64,000 nt of DNA from Candidatus Latescibacterota bacterium. GTDB taxonomy: Bacteria > Latescibacterota > UBA2968 > UBA8231. This document shows positions 29,748-39,179 of this stretch, one piece after another. How positions within the stretch are numbered: position 1 is the first letter of the stretch; every line of letters starts with the position of its first letter. The notes below the pieces were generated by a model. The model did no database searches. It had not been told where the DNA came from and saw only the letters and a program-made list of their open reading frames with translations. The stretch is from assembly GCA_965215195.1 (NCBI GenBank), contig CBDCDC010000001.1:128001-192000 (forward strand), read 5' to 3'. The translations under genes and the position numbers were made by a program.

Positions 29748-32186
29748 TTGGTGGAGTCTCAGGTACGCGTAGCAAGGGATAATACGGCTTTGAATGTTAT
29801 TTGGTTAGACGACCCTGCAAGCGGCAAGAGGGAACTGGTAGGCGGTAAAGCGGCTAACCTCAGCCAGCTACATAGCGGCGGACAAGTGCCGCTTGGTTTT
29901 TGTATCACCGCCAGTGCTACGGCGAAGGTGATGCCGCTGCGGAATGGTGCTGTGCTGCCTCCCGACCTTTATGCGGAGATCGAAACCGCGTACGCGGAAC
30001 TGGGTGCTCGCTGCAAAACCCCCGAGCCGGCCGTGGCGATCCGATCCTCGGCGGTGGCGGAGGATGGTGCGGTTCATTCCTTTGCCGGCCAATATCAGAC
30101 CCTATTAAATGTCGTGGGCGTGGCGGCCGTGGCGGCCGCGGTAGTTGAGTGCCTAGAGGCCGCGTACCAGCCCCATGTAGCTGCCTACCGCAAGCGCTCG
30201 GGAACCAGTGCAGACGAGGTGAATCTGGCCCTTCTCGTGCAGGAGTTCATCGCCGCAGACGCTTCGGCGGTCGCGTTTACCGCCAACCCGGTCACCAACG
30301 ACCCAAGCGAGATCGTCATCAATGCCTATTGGGGGTTGGGAGAAGGGCTGGTCGATGGCAGTTCGGTTCCCGACACGTACACCGTGGACAAACGGGAGTT
30401 GTGGATCAAGACGCGGAGCGTGGCCAAGAAAGAGCGGATGTGCGCCGCTGGATCTGCTGGCACGATTGCAATAGACGTGCCAGCAGCCAATCGTTGGCGG
30501 CCAACGCTAACCGACGATCAGGTCGCCGAGATCTGCCGTAGCGCGGTTGACTTAGAGACTCGGATGGGATGGCCCGTTGACTTGGAATGCGCTTTTAAGG
30601 ATGGAAAGCTGTATTTGCTCCAATGCCGCCCGGTGACCACCCTCGCGGGGCGCGAGGAAGATTGGTCGGTGGAATGGGACGATCCCCAAGATGCCGAATT
30701 GACGTGGCGCAGGGGCAACCTGCAAGCACCACTCGATCAGTCGTTTGAATGGTATTGGATGCAGGGTTGGGCGAAAGCGCGGCGAGAGACGGGCAGCGGC
30801 ACAATACCCATGCGCATCTATGTGAACGGCTACGCATACGAGGCGGAAAAACCCTTCAGGATCGGCAACCGCAAGGCGCAAGAGAACGCTCGCAAAAAAA
30901 CGGAGCGCGAGATACCTGAACTCTGGAGAAGTGAATGGCTACCCGGACTCAAGCGGAAGCGGGCTTATTTCCGCAGCTTGGACCTGTCGGCACTGCCCAA
31001 CGACGAGTTAGCCAGCGTACTGGTCGAAGCACTGCCTTGGTATTGCGAATGCGCGAGAATGCACGCGCATTTGGGCGGGACGGCGGTTGAGGCCGTTGGG
31101 CACTTGGTGCAGTGGTATGGCAAACGGTTCCCCGATGCCGCAGAAAGCGAACCCTACCGATTGGTGCAGGGTCAGTCAAATTTGAGCGTTGAGAAAGGAC
31201 ACCTCTTGTGGCAGTTGCAACAGCACCTTACTCCCGCCAACGAGGAGCTTCTAAGGGCTGCCTTGCAGTCGCGCAAGAAGCAGGGCCGATGGGACGGGCT
31301 TGAGGGGTCCTTCAAAGAGGTTTTCGACCGGTATTTAGCAACCTATTGGAAAGACTCGCCGGAATTTCTCGCCTCCTTGGTCCTCAAATACGCCGAGCAG
31401 GGCGTGGAAGACCCGCACGTGAAATTGCGCCAACTGGCGGCAGAGCGGGAGCAATTCACCGCGCAGGTGCGCTCGCTATTAAAAAAGCAGGAACGCGAGA
31501 TTTTCGAGGAGCTTTTGCAGGTAGCGCTGGCCAATTATCCGCTTACTGAGGACCACAACTACTGGGTCGATGGGATCGCCGCGCATTACATATTTCCGCT
31601 TTTCGATGAACTAGGCCGCCGAATGATCAAAGGCGGCATCCTCAGCAAGAAGCGGAGTGATATCAACTACTTGGAACTGAACGAAATCATCCTCTGGGGA
31701 TTCGGCGTACGTCAGCCGTTGCGCGCGCGAGTCGTCGAACGCCAACGGGAATTTAATCGACGGTTGCAACTGTCGCCGCCAGATTTCCTCGGTGCTTGCG
31801 AAGAGCCGCCGGTCAAAGAGGAAAATTACTTATTTTGGGGCCCCTCGACTCCATTCGCGGCACCAAAGGGAGAGGTGCGTGGAGTAGGGGCTTCTCCGGG
31901 GATTGTCAGGGGGCGTGCGCACGTGGCCGTGAATCTGGACAAGGCATTAGAACTACAGCCGGGAGAAATTTTGCTCTGTAGTACGACCAGTCCCCAGTGG
32001 ACGCCGCTTTTTGCCGTCGGAGCGGGATTAGTAAGCGACAAAGGTGGGGCGTTGTGTCATGGGGCGGTCGTCGCCCGGGAATATGGATTGCCAGCGGTGG
32101 TGGGAACCCTGATCGGGACTGAGAAAATCAAGACCGGCCAGTTGATCGAAGTCGATGGGCAAAGTGGGGTGATAAGGCTGTTGTGA
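29748..32186 (+). CDS. PEP-synthase-like dikinase with rifamycin-phosphotransferase-type domain order
   Basis: GGKAANL, RSSAVAEDG..SFAGQ, LQCRPVT; C-terminal His swivel domain HGAVVAREYGLPAVVG. Confidence 0.85.
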   Translation: MVESQVRVARDNTALNVIWLDDPASGKRELVGGKAANLSQLHSGGQVPLGFCITASATAKVMPLRNGAVLPPDLYAEIETAYAELGARCKTPEPAVAIRSSAVAEDGAVHSFAGQYQTLLNVVGVAAVAAAVVECLEAAYQPHVAAYRKRSGTSADEVNLALLVQEFIAADASAVAFTANPVTNDPSEIVINAYWGLGEGLVDGSSVPDTYTVDKRELWIKTRSVAKKERMCAAGSAGTIAIDVPAANRWRPTLTDDQVAEICRSAVDLETRMGWPVDLECAFKDGKLYLLQCRPVTTLAGREEDWSVEWDDPQDAELTWRRGNLQAPLDQSFEWYWMQGWAKARRETGSGTIPMRIYVNGYAYEAEKPFRIGNRKAQENARKKTEREIPELWRSEWLPGLKRKRAYFRSLDLSALPNDELASVLVEALPWYCECARMHAHLGGTAVEAVGHLVQWYGKRFPDAAESEPYRLVQGQSNLSVEKGHLLWQLQQHLTPANEELLRAALQSRKKQGRWDGLEGSFKEVFDRYLATYWKDSPEFLASLVLKYAEQGVEDPHVKLRQLAAEREQFTAQVRSLLKKQEREIFEELLQVALANYPLTEDHNYWVDGIAAHYIFPLFDELGRRMIKGGILSKKRSDINYLELNEIILWGFGVRQPLRARVVERQREFNRRLQLSPPDFLGACEEPPVKEENYLFWGPSTPFAAPKGEVRGVGASPGIVRGRAHVAVNLDKALELQPGEILLCSTTSPQWTPLFAVGAGLVSDKGGALCHGAVVAREYGLPAVVGTLIGTEKIKTGQLIEVDGQSGVIRLL

Positions 32187-32253
32187 TGCAAGTCTCGCAG
32201 GAATTGAGGCGCATGACCGGTAGCGAGACCTAACCGCAGTGGGTTGTGGGTGG

Positions 32254-33414
32254 TCAGTCGCGCAGCGGTCTAAGCTCTCGCACGAGCTGGGCGGCGGGTA
32301 GAGCGCGGATGTGCGGTGCCAGCGCGTAGCGGTCCGGCCCGGCGTGGACCACATCGAGGCGATCCAACCCCAAGGTCTCGACCGCCGAGCGCATGGAGGG
32401 CGTCTGGCGCGGGGCCTCGGTGCGCTTGACCTCAAAGCCGTAGCGTCGGTTGCCAGCGATGACGAGCAAATCGAGTTGGGCACCCGAGTGGGTGGACCAG
32501 TGAAAGCATTGCTCGGGGGGGGCGGCGAGCAGGTCGATGACTTGTTGCACGACGAATCCCTCCCAAGAGGCCCCCACCTTGGGATGCGAGACGACTTGCT
32601 CGCGGGTGGTCAGGCCCAGTAGGGCGTGCAGGACGCCCGAGTCGCCAATGTATATCTTCGGCGAGCGCACCTGTCGCTTGCCGATGTTTTCGTACCAAGG
32701 CTGGAGCTGCCGAACCACGAAGACCGAAGTCAGCAGATCGAGATAGCGCCGGACGGTGGTATGAGCGACGCCGAACGCCCGTCCAAACTCGTTGCCATTC
32801 CACAGTTGGCCGTGCCAGTGGGCGAGCATGGTCCAGAAGCGACGCAGGGTCGCCGATGGGACCAAGTTGCCGAACGCGGGGACGTCGCGTTCGAGGAAGG
32901 TGCGAATGAAGCTGTCGAGCCAGCGGCGGCTCGCCGGGGCCGATCGCGCCAGATAGGAAAGCGGAAAGCCGCCGCGCAGCCAGAGCCTTTCGAGGTCGCC
33001 GACCTCGCGCAGTCCAAAGCCATTGAGTTCGTGGAAGGCCACGCGCCCGGCCAGCGTCTCGGAGGTCTGCCGGAGCAGGTCGGGGGATGCGCTACCCAGC
33101 ACGAGAAACCGGGCTGGCGTCCGCGGCCGGTCCGCGAGGACGCGCAACAGCGGGAACACATCGGGGAGCCGGTGGATTTCGTCTAATACGACGAGTCCCC
33201 GGAGTGGTCGCAGTTCGAGGCCGGGATCGGCCAAGCGAGCGAGATCGGTCGGGTTCTCCAAGTCAAACCAAGTGGTAGGACCGCGGCGCGAGGCCACGAG
33301 CTGGCGAGCGAGGGTTGACTTGCCGACTTGCCGAGCACCCAAAAGTGCGACGACGGGAAACTCCTGCAAGAGCCGCCTCACTCGACGCAAGTGATGTTGG
33401 CGAGCAATCTGCAT
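32254..33414 (-). CDS. AAA_14 + DUF4143 ATP-binding protein
   Basis: GARQVGKST, LDEIH, LGSAS, RGGFP, SPKIY.DSG, GASWEG, FEVK; start set at MQIARQ. Confidence 0.9.
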   Translation of the reverse strand: MQIARQHHLRRVRRLLQEFPVVALLGARQVGKSTLARQLVASRRGPTTWFDLENPTDLARLADPGLELRPLRGLVVLDEIHRLPDVFPLLRVLADRPRTPARFLVLGSASPDLLRQTSETLAGRVAFHELNGFGLREVGDLERLWLRGGFPLSYLARSAPASRRWLDSFIRTFLERDVPAFGNLVPSATLRRFWTMLAHWHGQLWNGNEFGRAFGVAHTTVRRYLDLLTSVFVVRQLQPWYENIGKRQVRSPKIYIGDSGVLHALLGLTTREQVVSHPKVGASWEGFVVQQVIDLLAAPPEQCFHWSTHSGAQLDLLVIAGNRRYGFEVKRTEAPRQTPSMRSAVETLGLDRLDVVHAGPDRYALAPHIRALPAAQLVRELRPLRD

Positions 33415-33455
33415 ACCTTGAAATATGAGCGATTGCCGCACAGATTTCAAGGTAT
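33413..33455. promoter_or_regulatory. 12-bp perfect inverted repeat overlapping the start codon of the AAA/DUF4143 gene
   Basis: ataccttgaaat-N19-atttcaaggtat. Confidence 0.6.
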
Positions 33456-33539
33456 CCGTTGGGGGTCTTTCGGCTGGGACTTTGCAGAGTATATTGTGTT
33501 TGCGCGTTGTACTTGACTGTATCATGGAATGGAGAACGC

Positions 33540-36515
33540 TTGATACACTGTATCGCATTTAACAGGTGCCGCAGAATTCTTTTGTTCTTGCTATGCTCGG
33601 GATGCGCCACTGAGCCTGAACCCATAGCGCACCCTGAACCGCCAGAACCCCGACCCGTCTCAAATGCGGCCAGGGTGGAAACGACGGCCGTGTATTTCGA
33701 GGATGTGGGGCAAACTCTGGGGCTGGACTTTGAGAATGTGTCGGGTGGGCCCGAGCAAGGCTACATACTGGAGACTATATCGGCGGGCGTGGCTTTTTTC
33801 GATAGCGACGGGGACGGCTATCTGGACGTTTTTTTTGCCAACGGCACGCGCCTAAAAGGCGAGACAATCGGCAACCACAGCCGGCTCTATCGCAGCATTG
33901 AGGCAGCAACGGGCGAGCGCGTCTTCGCGGAGGTTAGTCAGCAGGCCGGCGTTGCGCACAGCGGCTGGGGTATGGGCTGTGCGGTGGGCGACTACGACAA
34001 CGATGGCGACGTGGACCTCTACGCTACGTACTGGGGCCCCAACCGGCTCTACCGCAACGAGGGGGACGGCCGCTTTAACCAAATCGCCGCTGTGGCCGGT
34101 GTAAATGACGAGGGCTGGGGCACGAGTGCCGCCTTCGGCGACCTAGACCAAGACGGCCTGCTGGATCTCTACGTGGTCAATTATCTGGCGTTTGATCTGG
34201 AAAATCCCCCGGTTGGCTGGAAAAAGTGCCTCTACAAGGGGCTCGAGAGCTTTTGTGGTCCTCAGGGGATGACAGCGCAAGCGGATCGCATGTACCGCAA
34301 TGTAGGCGGGGATCGCTTTGAGGACAGGACCGAGGCTCTAGGGGCCGATCGGCCGCTGCCGGGACTGGGCGTTGTTTTCGGGGATTACGACAACGATGGC
34401 GACGCCGATATCTATGTAGCCAATGACTCGGAAGTCAATGTCCTCTATCGGAATGACGGCAACTGGCAATGGGTCGATACCGCCATCCCGCTGGGGGTAG
34501 GCTTTAGCGAAAGTGGGCGGGCGCAAGCCGGCATGGGCGTCCACGGCGGCGACTACGACAACGATGGCGATCTCGATCTGTACGTGACCAATTTTTCGGA
34601 CGACGTCAATACGCTGTACCGGAATAGGGGAAACGGCGCATTTGTGGATGCCACATACGAAGTGGGGCTGGGCGGTGCAGTACTACCTTATCTGGGCTGG
34701 AGCACGGGTTTCTTCGACTACGACAACGATGGCTGGCAGGATGTATTTGTGGCCAACGGGCACGTCTATCCCCAGCTAAATCAATACGCGACCGGCCTGC
34801 GCTATGCCCAGCGCAATCTGCTCTATCAAAATAGACAGGGCCGCTTTGTAGAAATAGGGGGGCAAGCCGGTCCGGGGTGGCAACTCGAACAAGTGAGTCG
34901 GGGTGGGGCCGTAGGCGACTACGACAACGACGGCGATCCAGACTTGCTGGTGACCAACCTCAACGAGCGGCCGGCCTTGTTGCGCAACGACGGAGGTAAT
35001 GCCCATAACTGGCTGGGCTTGAAGCTGGTGGGCGTGCAAAGCAACAAGGATGCCATCGGCGCACGCGTACGGGTGTGGGCAGGGGGTCTGGTGCAAACCA
35101 AGGAAGTGCAGCGCGGGTACGGTTTTCAGAGTCAGCACGATGAGCGTCTGTTGTTTGGGCTGGGCCGGGCGACGAGTGTGGAGCGAGTGGAGATTCACTG
35201 GCCTTCGGGCCTAAAACAGGTAATCCGCAATCCTCTGCTGCGCCGCTATCTGACCGTCCGCGAAGGCAGCGACCAGATAGCGGCCGGGAATGAAGTGCCG
35301 ACGGTGGTGCCGGCTGTGAGCGCATCGGCTGCTCCGGTCAGCGCATCCAATGCCGTACCGCAGGTCACAGGGGCAGCGGATTGGGGGCCGGTAGATTTTC
35401 GCCGCTCCAGCGGGGACCTCTTCAAACAGGGCCGCTATCTCGAGGCGCGAGCTATGTTGCAAAAAGCCTTGGAACTGGATCCGGAGTATATCCCGGCCTA
35501 TATCAACTTGGGCTTGGTGCTCTCCTCCGGCTTGGGCGAATTTGCTGCGGCGCGTGAGGTGCTGGAACAGGCCGTGCAGATACAACCGACGCGGGCCGAT
35601 GCCCACCATTTGTTGGGCAAGGTCTATTTGCAGCAGGGTCGCCTGTCCGAGGCAATCAAGGCACTCGGACAGGCGATCCGGCTGCAACCACAGGCTTGGG
35701 AGTACGCCCACTGGTTGGGACTAGCCTACTTGCGGGCCGATAGCCTAGGGGCCGCTGCGGCCGCCTTTAGAAACGCGGCCCGGTGTGCGCCTTGGGCACC
35801 CAAACCGCATTTGCATCTAGCCCAGTTGTACGCCAGCAAGGGACAGCATGCACAGGCCGTCAAAGAGCAGGCCCTGTTTGAGCGTTTAAGTCCAGTGCAG
35901 AATCGGGTGGAACTCTACGAGAAAAAGGTCGCCGATTATCCAGAAAATGCCCGGGCGCATTCCCTGTTGGGATTGACCTATGTCGAACAGGGGCGCTTTG
36001 CGCTGGGATTGCAGTCTTTTGAACGCGCTATCGCAGTGGATCTTTCCTATGCCCCGGCCTTTCACGGCAAGGGGCGGGTGTTGTACCAGCGCAACCAAAT
36101 AGCGCAGGCCATCCGCGCCTACGAACGGGCCTGCCAACTAGATCCGCAGCTCTATGATGCCTTCAACGATCTCGGCCAAGCCTACCACCAGAGCGGTCGC
36201 TATGATCGGGCCGTGGCCGCATACCAGCGCGCCCTAGAGATCAAACCAGATCTGGCGTTAGTACACAGCAATCTGGGCATGGCCTATGCCATGCAGGGAA
36301 ATTTCAACGCAGCCACGGCATCGTTTAAGCGCAGTATTGAGCTTGAACCGGAGGAAGCGGATGCAAGGGATGCGCTGGCGCAAGTCTATGCGGCCCAGAA
36401 GAATTGGTCGCAAGCGCTAGCCCAGTGGGAAGCTGTATTGCGCTTGGTGCCCGACCACGCTGGCGCGGCCCAAGGGATCCGCCGGGCGCGTCAGCGGCTA
36501 GCAGGGCAACGCTAG
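33540..36515 (+). CDS. CRTAC1/ASPIC-UnbV FG-GAP-repeat lipoprotein fused to TPR repeats
   Basis: Lipobox LCSGC, repeated GDYDNDGD.D, AIGARVRV..FGLG..WPSG, C-terminal TPRs; TTG start after GGAGA. Confidence 0.88.
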   Translation: MIHCIAFNRCRRILLFLLCSGCATEPEPIAHPEPPEPRPVSNAARVETTAVYFEDVGQTLGLDFENVSGGPEQGYILETISAGVAFFDSDGDGYLDVFFANGTRLKGETIGNHSRLYRSIEAATGERVFAEVSQQAGVAHSGWGMGCAVGDYDNDGDVDLYATYWGPNRLYRNEGDGRFNQIAAVAGVNDEGWGTSAAFGDLDQDGLLDLYVVNYLAFDLENPPVGWKKCLYKGLESFCGPQGMTAQADRMYRNVGGDRFEDRTEALGADRPLPGLGVVFGDYDNDGDADIYVANDSEVNVLYRNDGNWQWVDTAIPLGVGFSESGRAQAGMGVHGGDYDNDGDLDLYVTNFSDDVNTLYRNRGNGAFVDATYEVGLGGAVLPYLGWSTGFFDYDNDGWQDVFVANGHVYPQLNQYATGLRYAQRNLLYQNRQGRFVEIGGQAGPGWQLEQVSRGGAVGDYDNDGDPDLLVTNLNERPALLRNDGGNAHNWLGLKLVGVQSNKDAIGARVRVWAGGLVQTKEVQRGYGFQSQHDERLLFGLGRATSVERVEIHWPSGLKQVIRNPLLRRYLTVREGSDQIAAGNEVPTVVPAVSASAAPVSASNAVPQVTGAADWGPVDFRRSSGDLFKQGRYLEARAMLQKALELDPEYIPAYINLGLVLSSGLGEFAAAREVLEQAVQIQPTRADAHHLLGKVYLQQGRLSEAIKALGQAIRLQPQAWEYAHWLGLAYLRADSLGAAAAAFRNAARCAPWAPKPHLHLAQLYASKGQHAQAVKEQALFERLSPVQNRVELYEKKVADYPENARAHSLLGLTYVEQGRFALGLQSFERAIAVDLSYAPAFHGKGRVLYQRNQIAQAIRAYERACQLDPQLYDAFNDLGQAYHQSGRYDRAVAAYQRALEIKPDLALVHSNLGMAYAMQGNFNAATASFKRSIELEPEEADARDALAQVYAAQKNWSQALAQWEAVLRLVPDHAGAAQGIRRARQRLAGQR

Positions 36516-36603
36516 GGCGAAGGCTACACTTGGGGATGCTGCTGCGCCGCACCTTCAGATGGTGATCTTTGGTGGGGGGGTGCCGCGGCGGTCCGATTCC
36601 AAA

Positions 36604-37020
36604 CTACTTTTTTCGCAGCTCTTCCGCAGCCAAGGGTATTTTTTCAATCCCCACGCGCTTGGCCACCTCAAAGAGATCTAGTAGGTACTTATGCGGGGTC
36701 TCCCGATCGGTCCGCACGACTAGCGTCAGGCTCCGGGTGCCTTCTTTTTCTCGCAACAGGACCTGCTCTAAGTTGTCCAAGGTCACGAGATGGCGGTTGA
36801 TCTCCATGCGGCCGTCCGCGGTGATCGATGCCACTAGTTTCTTCTCTTCGACGATCTGCGCTTGTTGCGCTTCGGGTAATAGGACTTGGAGGCTGTAGGG
36901 CTGCTTAAATACCGTAGTTACCATAAAGAAGATCAACAGCAAAAAGACGCAGTCGATCAATGGCGTCATATTCAATTCTTGTTCTTCGTACAGGGATTTG
37001 CGCCTAGGCATCGGACTCAT
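36604..37020 (-). CDS. exbD: ExbD/TolR-family protein
   Basis: NMTPLIDCVFLLLIFFMVTT TM segment with conserved Asp. Confidence 0.9.
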   Translation of the reverse strand: MSPMPRRKSLYEEQELNMTPLIDCVFLLLIFFMVTTVFKQPYSLQVLLPEAQQAQIVEEKKLVASITADGRMEINRHLVTLDNLEQVLLREKEGTRSLTLVVRTDRETPHKYLLDLFEVAKRVGIEKIPLAAEELRKK

Positions 37021-37433
37021 TCCTCCCGTTCCCGCACAAAAGCGATGCCCTCAACCCCAACCTCTTTGGCTTTATCCACCACGTACACGACGTGCTTCTG
37101 AGCGCACTCGCCGTCGGCCTGAATGATGATATTCTCGTTATTGGCCTCTTCCATGGCCGCGACCAGCCGGGCCGCCAACGCCGTCGGCATCACATCCTCG
37201 CCCTTGATTTGAATTTTGCCATCGCGGTCCAGCAAGACGTTGATATCTTTTTTCTTTTCTTCTGTGGCTTCGCTTTTGGCCGGCATGTCCACTTCCAGCC
37301 CTTTGGTGTGTATAAACACCGTGGTTACCATAAAGAAAATTAACAACAAAAAGACGCAGTCAATCAGTGGCGTCATATCTGGGCCGCCTTCTGCGAGAAA
37401 GCTCTCTGACCGCTGTTTTCGGTGTCTGGCCAT
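37017..37433 (-). CDS. exbD: ExbD/TolR-family protein (second)
   Basis: DMTPLIDCVFLLLIFFMVTT; IIQAD. Confidence 0.9.
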   Translation of the reverse strand: MARHRKQRSESFLAEGGPDMTPLIDCVFLLLIFFMVTTVFIHTKGLEVDMPAKSEATEEKKKDINVLLDRDGKIQIKGEDVMPTALAARLVAAMEEANNENIIIQADGECAQKHVVYVVDKAKEVGVEGIAFVREREE

Positions 37434-37456
37434 TGGGTTAACTCCCCCAGCAGGAC

Positions 37457-38203
37457 CTACTCTGTCGTTCCGTATTGTTGGCGCTGTCCCGTAGTGATCA
37501 GAGCGTTCGCAAAGGCATGTCCGTACATCTCGGCGTCTTCGAGCAAATTGTCCGCTCTACGTGCCAGATAGCGGTACAATACAATCGTCGGGATGGCGAC
37601 GATCAGCCCCGATGCCGTAGTGACCAAGGCTTGGGAAATCCCACCGGCAACGACTTTCGGGTCTCCTGCACCAGCTACGGCGATGGACTCAAAGGCGATG
37701 ATCATCCCCATAATGGTGCCGAGCAATCCCAACAGAGGGCTTATGTTGCCGATGGTATTCAGGATTGATAGGTTCTTGCCCAGATAGGCCCGAGCGGATT
37801 CCTCGGTCTGAATGACCAGCTCGTCTTTGAGGTCAGCAAGCTCCCGTTGCATCACCATAAATCTGCCCACCTCGCCACCGCCGGCCGCGTCAGTCAGGCG
37901 GATGATCTCCTCGTTCGTCTCTTTGAATTCCCGCTGTTCGATCATCAGGGTATCGTATCGTTTCAACAGCGAAGCAAATACGTAATTGAGCAGGCCCTTG
38001 CCTTGGTTGCACTCTTCCACGACCGCCTGCTCCCCGCCGTTGCGCAGCGCGGTTTCGAGCCTGTCCAGCTCATTTTGGGCCTCTTCAGGCGTGGGCAGTT
38101 GCTTGAAGATCCACAGGCGTTCAATAGAGTAGGCAATGGCTAGAATAGCACAGGCGATTAGGGGGACCATCATCGGACCGCCACTTTGAATTATATCCCA
38201 CAT
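37457..38203 (-). CDS. exbB: MotA/TolQ/ExbB proton channel
   Basis: PLLGLLGTIMGMIIAF; GGISQALVTTASGL. Confidence 0.92.
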   Translation of the reverse strand: MWDIIQSGGPMMVPLIACAILAIAYSIERLWIFKQLPTPEEAQNELDRLETALRNGGEQAVVEECNQGKGLLNYVFASLLKRYDTLMIEQREFKETNEEIIRLTDAAGGGEVGRFMVMQRELADLKDELVIQTEESARAYLGKNLSILNTIGNISPLLGLLGTIMGMIIAFESIAVAGAGDPKVVAGGISQALVTTASGLIVAIPTIVLYRYLARRADNLLEDAEMYGHAFANALITTGQRQQYGTTE

Positions 38204-38235
38204 TGCAATTGCTCCTTTTTGGCAAGAGAAGAGTT

Positions 38236-39171
38236 CTAGTCGTCTTCCTTGGCGTTTCTAGATAAGCGCTGCCCTATGCGCAAACCGGCATCAATGGCAC
38301 CGAATTTCTCAACGACCTCGGCCTTGCACAAGTGCGGCCCGATAATCTGATGCACCCTGACTAGAGCGATTCGCACCTCTTTATCATACAGCGGTAGGAC
38401 ATCGCCGTACTCGACGCGATCCAAAATACCGATGCCTAGATACACCTCGTCGGCTTCGACCGCTAGGACTTGGGCTTGCTCGCCGGAAAGGTCGATAGGG
38501 GGGCGCTCGGTCAGACTCGTAATAATTTGGCTGCTGAGGTCTCTGAAGGCGACATCGACCAGCTTGCCAAAGGCCAATTCAAAAAAACGCTCGGAACCGA
38601 AGTCAACCTTGAAGAGTTCGCGGAATACCCGATCCTGTTTGCGCGGTCGGCCGAACAGATCTAGGCCGTACGACTTTTCCGTGGAGTCTCTGAGCGTTTC
38701 AAAGGTATCGACTATTTCTCCGGTCGCTACTCTGATTAGCTGCACTTGGCTGAGGTGAACCACTGAATTGTAGGATTTATAGCCGGCCAGATTGGGATTT
38801 CCCACGGTCACGCGACGCATGCCCAGCTTCTCCACGACACCGGTAATGACCACGTCGGCACCCAAGTGCTGCCCCAGCCGCACGGCCCGGTCAATGCCGT
38901 AGTATTTTTTTAACTGTTTGTTCCGTTGAACGGCCTCAACCTCTTGCGTCGGAATGACAGAGACCGCAGCGTCGGCATCCAGATATCGACCTAGCAAATC
39001 GGGTACATCCCTAGATAAGTGCCATTCCGCCTGAAAACCGGCTCGGTCCTCAAAATCGAGCAGGGCAAGGCGCAGGGTCGGCAGCGGCCCTGCGGCCGCG
39101 ACCGCCACGTTGAGCGTTAGGGGGTCGGCCCCTGCCCAAATAGAAAAAAATAAAGTGGTTAGCGCACGCAA
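38236..39171 (-). CDS. Exported CsgG/TolB-N-like protein with a FlgT-C-like terminal domain
   Basis: LALLDFED..., AVRLGQHLGADVVITGVV; terminal VLAVEADEVYLGIG..GD. Confidence 0.55.
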   Translation of the reverse strand: MRALTTLFFSIWAGADPLTLNVAVAAAGPLPTLRLALLDFEDRAGFQAEWHLSRDVPDLLGRYLDADAAVSVIPTQEVEAVQRNKQLKKYYGIDRAVRLGQHLGADVVITGVVEKLGMRRVTVGNPNLAGYKSYNSVVHLSQVQLIRVATGEIVDTFETLRDSTEKSYGLDLFGRPRKQDRVFRELFKVDFGSERFFELAFGKLVDVAFRDLSSQIITSLTERPPIDLSGEQAQVLAVEADEVYLGIGILDRVEYGDVLPLYDKEVRIALVRVHQIIGPHLCKAEVVEKFGAIDAGLRIGQRLSRNAKEDD

Positions 39172-39179
39172 TGGGCCGG

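Noticed and set aside
27760-32250. tRNA-Sec (selC) or a UGA-readthrough selenoprotein near selB
   Set aside because: No tRNA cloverleaf and no convincing in-frame UGA with continued homology were seen by eye.
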